Assembly (NCBI GenBank): GCA_009993495.1
Contig: JAACTI010000249.1
Location: 1 to 40,414, forward strand
Direction of reading: 5' to 3'
Length of the DNA: 40,414 nucleotides
DNA from: Deltaproteobacteria bacterium
GTDB lineage: Bacteria > Desulfobacterota > Desulfuromonadia > Desulfuromonadales > Geopsychrobacteraceae
Shown here: one piece after another, positions 36,224-40,414 of the stretch
Position numbering within the stretch: the stretch's first letter is position 1
Layout of the letters: each line of letters starts with the position of its first letter
The notes under the pieces: model-generated
The model's input: the letters and a program-made list of their open reading frames with translations, nothing else
The model's database searches: none
What the model was told of the DNA's origin: nothing
Position numbers and translations under genes: made by a program

Positions 36224-36274
36224 GTAGGGGCACCCCTTGCGGGTGCCCTGGGCAGGCGCAAGGGGTGCCCCTAC
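36224..36274. repeat. GTAG-type REP doublet (REPIN-like)
   Basis: Perfect 18-bp inverted arms GTAGGGGCACCCCTTGCG / CGCAAGGGGTGCCCCTAC; a degenerate partial copy at about 36180-36203. Confidence 0.75.
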
Positions 36275-36296
36275 ACAAACAAAAAGGAGAAAAACC

Positions 36297-36539
36297 ATGA
36301 AGAAGATTCAGATTCTCGGCACCGGTTGTGCCAAATGTCAGAAGTTGGCGCAGAATACCAAGCAGGCCGCCGACAAACTCGGGCTTGAATATGAAATGGA
36401 GAAGATCACCCAGATCAACGACATCATGGCCTTCGGCATCATGACCACGCCGGGCCTGGCGGTGGATGGCAAGGTTCTGGTCAGCGGCAAGGTGCCAAGC
36501 CCGGCTGAAATCGAAAAACTTTTCGGAGGTGTCGCATGA
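36297..36539 (+). CDS. Small redox-active disulfide protein (MTH895-like thioredoxin family)
   Basis: MKKIQILGTGCAKC, I..FG.M.TPGL.VDG.V...G.VP; AAGGAG RBS. Confidence 0.88.
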   Translation: MKKIQILGTGCAKCQKLAQNTKQAADKLGLEYEMEKITQINDIMAFGIMTTPGLAVDGKVLVSGKVPSPAEIEKLFGGVA

Positions 36540-36889
36540 AAATCAAACTTTTAACGTTGTTGCTGGTGCTGGTGGCAACTTCGACCCTGGCGGCAGCAGA
36601 ACTGCCAAAACTGGTCGATGTCGGCGCCGACAAATGCATCCCCTGCATTAAGATGGCACCGATTCTTGAACAGCTCAAAACGGACTTTGCTGGCGAAATG
36701 CACGTCCAGTTTGTCGATGCCTGGAAAAATCGCGACCAAGCGGCCAGCTATGGGGTGCAGATGATCCCGACCCAGATTTTTTATGGAACCGACGGCAAGG
36801 AGCTCTACCGGCATACTGGTTTTTACAGCCGGGAAGAGATTCTCGCCAAATGGCAGGAGCTGGGCTACGCATTCAAGGCAAACCGATGA
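36536..36889 (+). CDS. Exported thioredoxin-family protein
   Basis: Signal peptide, DVGA.KCIPC..M.P CxxC, IPTQIF...GKE..RH.G; ATGA overlaps on both sides. Confidence 0.85.
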   Translation: MKIKLLTLLLVLVATSTLAAAELPKLVDVGADKCIPCIKMAPILEQLKTDFAGEMHVQFVDAWKNRDQAASYGVQMIPTQIFYGTDGKELYRHTGFYSREEILAKWQELGYAFKANR

Positions 36890-37587
36890 TCGAACAGCTT
36901 TTGGGCAGTTTGAGTCAGGCGGTGAGTGGTACTCCGCTCATCGCCCTGGGCGCAGCTGTCGGCTGGGGGGTGCTAAGCATTCTGCTCTCGCCCTGCCACC
37001 TGGCGAGTATTCCGATGATTGTCGGATTTATCGACGGTCAGGGGCGCATGAGCACGCGCCGCGCCTTTGGCATCGCCAGCCTTTTTGGTGGCGGCATTCT
37101 GCTCTCGATTGCCATCATCGGCCTGCTCACCGCCCTGGCCGGACGCATGCTCGGCGATCTCGGTCCCTGGGGCAACTACCTGGTCGCGGGAATTTTCTTT
37201 CTGTTCGGCCTGCACCTTTGGGGCTTGATCCCCATGCCCTGGTCGGGGCCGGGTCAGATCGGCATGCAGCGCAAGGGTCTGCTCGCCGCGCTGCTGCTCG
37301 GGTTGATTTTCGGCATCGCCCTCGGGCCCTGTACCTTTGCCTTCATGGGGCCAGTTTTAGGGGTGACCTTCAGTATTGCGGGCACGAATTTACTCTTTGC
37401 CGTCGCCCTGCTGTTGGCCTACGGGTTGGGCCACTGCGGGGTAATCGTTTTTGCCGGCACTTTCAGCGAAAAGGTTCAGCAATACCTCAACTGGAATGAA
37501 GGCTCCCAGGGCACCCTCTGGGTCAAACGGATTTGTGGACTCTTGGTGATAGCCGGCGGCGTCTGGCTGATCTATTCGGCTACCTGA
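36886..37587 (+). CDS. ccdA: CcdA/DsbD-beta family membrane electron transporter
   Basis: Conserved LSPC and GPC cysteines, about six TM segments. Confidence 0.82.
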   Translation: MIEQLLGSLSQAVSGTPLIALGAAVGWGVLSILLSPCHLASIPMIVGFIDGQGRMSTRRAFGIASLFGGGILLSIAIIGLLTALAGRMLGDLGPWGNYLVAGIFFLFGLHLWGLIPMPWSGPGQIGMQRKGLLAALLLGLIFGIALGPCTFAFMGPVLGVTFSIAGTNLLFAVALLLAYGLGHCGVIVFAGTFSEKVQQYLNWNEGSQGTLWVKRICGLLVIAGGVWLIYSAT

Positions 37588-37607
37588 ATCTGAAAAAGGA
37601 GAATTTG

Positions 37608-38051
37608 ATGAAAATTTTGCTGATGTTCATTCTGAGCGGATTTTGGATCGCAAGCGCCGTTGCCGCGCCCCTCAGCCTTGATGACTATCTGCTCGGTTAC
37701 AGCTATGAATCTCGCAAGGAGATGAAGGCCAGTAGCAAGCAACTGATCGACTGGCTCGAAGACGGCAAGGCGGTGCTGGTTGATATCCGCTTCGCTGAAG
37801 AACAGCAGGCCTGGGGCACCGGCTTCGGCCTGAAAATTCCCCTGAATGAGCTGCCCAAACGCCTGAATGAATTGCCCAAAGATAAAATAATCGTCACCGC
37901 CTGCCCGCACAAGGATCGCGCCGGCATCGCCATGGTCTACCTGCGCAGCAAGGGTTACGCCGCGCGCTATCTGACCGATGGACTTTTAGGGCTGATGGAG
38001 AACCTGCGCGGCGACGATGCGAAATATTTTCTGGAGCTGTTAAAAGAATAA
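37608..38051 (+). CDS. Exported rhodanese-like domain protein
   Basis: Signal peptide, LVDIR..EE, IPL.EL..RL.ELPKDK.IV.ACPHKDR active-loop Cys, YL...G...YL.DG; AAGGAG RBS. Confidence 0.82.
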   Translation: MKILLMFILSGFWIASAVAAPLSLDDYLLGYSYESRKEMKASSKQLIDWLEDGKAVLVDIRFAEEQQAWGTGFGLKIPLNELPKRLNELPKDKIIVTACPHKDRAGIAMVYLRSKGYAARYLTDGLLGLMENLRGDDAKYFLELLKE

Positions 38052-38298
38052 CGGCTTCATCGCATTTTCAGCTTGAGGCCGCGTTCCTGCTCACGCCCCT
38101 TCACCCGGCCGGTAAAGTTGCTCGACTGGGTTCGGCAGGAGATTGTATCGCGGTTCAGCGGGGTGCGGATTGCGCATGGACAATCGCTATTGAGAAAAAC
38201 ATCGCCAAGGCAATCATACTGAGGGTCAATCTAAGTCGTTTCATAGCGCTTCCTTAAAAAATAATAACTGGTCTTCGAATGTCCGCGAGGTTGCCCTT

Positions 38299-38640
38299 AT
38301 GTCCATCCTTATGCAAACCACACTGATGCTGGCCGTTTCCAATCTGTTCATGACCTTTGCCTGGTATGGGCATCTCAAAACCTTAAATCATCGGGCCTGG
38401 TACGTTGCCGCGCTGATCAGCTGGGGTATTGCCCTGTTCGAATATCTGGTTCAGGTGCCGGCCAATCGCCTGGGTTATACGGCCATGAGCCTGCCCCAGC
38501 TGAAAATTTTGCAGGAAGTGATTACGCTCAGTATTTTTGCGCCCTTTGCCCTGTTTTACATGGGGCAACCCCTCAAACTCGATTACCTGTGGGCGGCTTT
38601 GTGCCTGCTGGGTGCGGTCTATTTTATTTTTCGAAATTGA
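38299..38640 (+). CDS. Small DMT-superfamily membrane protein (DUF486-type)
   Basis: SN.FMTFAWYGHLK, SWGIALFEY..QVPANR.G, QLKI.QEVITL. Confidence 0.85.
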   Translation: MSILMQTTLMLAVSNLFMTFAWYGHLKTLNHRAWYVAALISWGIALFEYLVQVPANRLGYTAMSLPQLKILQEVITLSIFAPFALFYMGQPLKLDYLWAALCLLGAVYFIFRN

Positions 38641-38737
38641 CGGCTGGAAAATTCGCGCTTTTTTCTGAGGCGTCACAGCTTAAAATACAGTGAGTTCGGA
38701 TAGTTAACTTCATGATTTTCGCCCTTAAATTTTACCG

Positions 38738-38766
38738 TTGACAAGCCTCCAATGCGAGCGTATAGG
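38738..38766 (+). promoter_or_regulatory. Sigma70 promoter of the ATP-grasp operon
   Basis: TTGACA (38738-38743), 17 bp, TATAGG (38761-38766); implies a 5' leader of about 150 nt before ATG 38926. Confidence 0.7.
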
Positions 38767-38822
38767 AACGCCCTATAAGCATTCCTGCTCTGGTTCGCGC
38801 AACGACAAAGCGATAAAAAGCG

Positions 38823-38920
38823 ACCCCTTTTTTAGCCACAGCCGCCAGGCGACCGGGCCTTTTGGGAATGCGACCCTTCGGGGTTTTGGTACCAACAGTG
38901 GCTTGTTTTTTAAAAGGGGT
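38823..38920 (+). ncRNA. Candidate structured cis-regulatory 5' leader
   Basis: ACCCCTTTT (38823-31) pairs with AAAAGGGGT (38912-20, the RBS); AGCCAC (38834-39) with GTGGCT (38898-903); internal ACCC-TTCG-GGGT hairpin (38873-84). Confidence 0.5.
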
Positions 38921-38925
38921 TCAAC

Positions 38926-39996
38926 ATGCATATCACGCTCGCCTTCAACCAACTCGTGGCTGAGGAAGACGACCAGCCTCCCTCACGATGTTCCCTCAAA
39001 AATCCTGCGCAGCCGGATGACCGCTATGCCGAATGGGATGACGAAAATACCATTCTGGCGGTCGCCGATGCCTTGAGGTTGCAGCATCAGGTCTCCCTGG
39101 TGAATGCCGACCTCGATTTCTTCGAATCCGTGCGCCGCTTGAAACCTGATCTGGTCTTCAATATGACCGAGGGGCTTCATGGCGGCAGCCGCGAAGCCCA
39201 GGTTCCGGCCATGCTCGAGATGCTGCAGATTCCCTACACCGGCAGTGATCCCCTGACCCTGGGCTTGTGTCTCGACAAATACCGCACCAAAGAGATTCTC
39301 AGCTATCGTCAGCTGCCGACGCCGGGATTCGCCCTGATTGACCAGCTCAGCGAACTGCCCGAACATCTGCATTACCCGTTGCTGGTCAAGCCGCCGCTGG
39401 AAGGTTCGAGCAAGGGCATCACCAACAGTTCACTGGTACGTGAGCCCCTGGAGTTGATGCAGGAACTGGCGCGGATTCGTACCACCTATGGCCAGAAATC
39501 GCTGGTCGAAGAATTCCTCAGTGGTCGCGAGTTTACCGTCGCCATGCTCGGCAATGGCCCGGATCTGCAAATTTTACCGCTTGTCGAAATCGATTTTTCT
39601 ACCCTGCCCGCTGGTGCCAACCCGATCTATTCCTACGAGGCCAAGTGGCTGTGGGATACCGAAGCAGCGCCGCTGCAAATTTTTCATTGTCCTGCCCCCC
39701 TCGAACCGCTGCTGAAACGCAATATCGAGGATCTCTGCCGCAAGGCTTTTCACCACCTGGGTTGTCGCGACTGGTGCCGCATTGACCTGCGGCTCGATAG
39801 CGATGGCCATCCTCAGATTATCGAAGTCAATCCGCTGCCCGGGGTGCTGCCCCGCCCGGAGCAGAACAGCTGCTTTCCCAAGGCCGCTCGTGCGGCTGGA
39901 TTGAGTTATCAACAGATGATCTTGAGTGTTGTCGATGCCGCCTGCGTGCGGCTTGGACTGGTGGAGAAAGAACATGCGCGTCGCAGTTTGTTATAA
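38926..39996 (+). CDS. D-alanine--D-alanine ligase-like ATP-grasp protein (atypical)
   Basis: VFN..EG, PYTGS.P..L...LDK, VKP..EGSSKGI, LVEEFL.GREFTV, RID.R, EVNPLPG; lacks the canonical N-terminal GGxSxE of housekeeping Ddl. Confidence 0.85.
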   Translation: MHITLAFNQLVAEEDDQPPSRCSLKNPAQPDDRYAEWDDENTILAVADALRLQHQVSLVNADLDFFESVRRLKPDLVFNMTEGLHGGSREAQVPAMLEMLQIPYTGSDPLTLGLCLDKYRTKEILSYRQLPTPGFALIDQLSELPEHLHYPLLVKPPLEGSSKGITNSSLVREPLELMQELARIRTTYGQKSLVEEFLSGREFTVAMLGNGPDLQILPLVEIDFSTLPAGANPIYSYEAKWLWDTEAAPLQIFHCPAPLEPLLKRNIEDLCRKAFHHLGCRDWCRIDLRLDSDGHPQIIEVNPLPGVLPRPEQNSCFPKAARAAGLSYQQMILSVVDAACVRLGLVEKEHARRSLL

Positions 39997-40414
39997 CCAG
40001 ACCCCCGAAAATGTTAGGCGCGGCGAAGCCCGTGATATGATCGCCGATGCCGGCGCGGCCACCGAAGCCGCGGCGGTACTGAAGGCCGTGCAGCTGCTTG
40101 GCCATCAGGCCGCGATGCTCCCCCTGGGCGATAGTCTCGGCGCGTTTGTTCAGCGGATTGGGCAGTATGCGCCCGATATGGTTTTCAACCTCTGTGAAGG
40201 GTTCTGGGGGGATGCCCACCAGGAGATGAATCTTGCCGGCCTGTTTGAATTGCTGGGCCTGCCTTTTACCGGATCGTCGGCTCTGACCCTGGGTTTGACG
40301 CAGAACAAGTCTTACACAAAGGCCCTGTTGCAGCAAAAGGGCTTGCCGACTCCGGCCTGGTGTCTGGTGCAGCAGGGGGAAAAACTGCCCGACATCTCGG
40401 AACTGCAATTCCCG
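39974..40414 (+). CDS. Second Ddl-like ATP-grasp protein, truncated by the window edge
   Basis: Not in the ORF track. Manual translation: MRVAVCYNQTPE...PDMVFNLCEGFWG...LFELLGLPFTGSSALTLGLTQNKSYTKALL...GLPTP; GGAG RBS; overlaps the previous gene by 23 bp. Confidence 0.85.
   Translation, partial: MRVAVCYNQTPENVRRGEARDMIADAGAATEAAAVLKAVQLLGHQAAMLPLGDSLGAFVQRIGQYAPDMVFNLCEGFWGDAHQEMNLAGLFELLGLPFTGSSALTLGLTQNKSYTKALLQQKGLPTPAWCLVQQGEKLPDISELQFP

Noticed and set aside
34870-38051. Possible selenocysteine recoding in the redox cluster
   Set aside because: All expected catalytic positions are ordinary Cys codons; no in-frame TGA interrupts these ORFs.
1-40414. CRISPR array, tRNA/rRNA, prophage, intact IS or anti-phage system
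   Set aside because: No regularly spaced repeats, RNA-gene signatures, or transposase, integrase or phage ORFs recognised by eye; the lone PLD lacks a helicase or other defence partner.

Overview
Bacterial chromosomal window, GC-rich and densely coding. Gene content suggests an anaerobic deltaproteobacterium of the Desulfuromonadales type (inference, not verified). Left to right: (1) 1-9119, a complete bacterial ceramide/sphingolipid cluster (lptF paralogue, two nucleotidyltransferases, bCerS-type GNAT, HIT protein, fatty acyl-AMP ligase, CerR-type reductase, ACP, serine palmitoyltransferase). (2) 9457-15158, an accessory block: MsbA/PglK-like ABC exporter, a surface-carbohydrate-biosynthesis-type protein, a degenerate-HKD phospholipase D, and an exported TPR protein resembling eukaryotic RMDN proteins. 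The ABC and TPR genes sit behind two copies of one ~50-bp promoter. (3) A tetR-acrAB-oprM RND operon that ends in epd. (4) A sigma54-controlled proline module (PAS activator, pruA, monofunctional proline dehydrogenase, LIV-type ABC importer, USP) with readable enhancer and -24/-12 sites and two copies of a ~145-bp non-coding repeat. (5) An old yellow enzyme, a decayed comM/yifB 3' fragment, and an arsR-arsP-thioredoxin-ccdA-rhodanese cluster. (6) A DMT protein, then a structured 5' leader ahead of two tandem atypical Ddl-like ATP-grasp genes, the second truncated by the window edge. No rRNA, tRNA, CRISPR array or intact transposase/integrase was seen. The best candidate for an undescribed system is the extended sphingolipid headgroup-modification and export locus (1-15158). 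All family assignments come from motif recognition by eye, with no database search.
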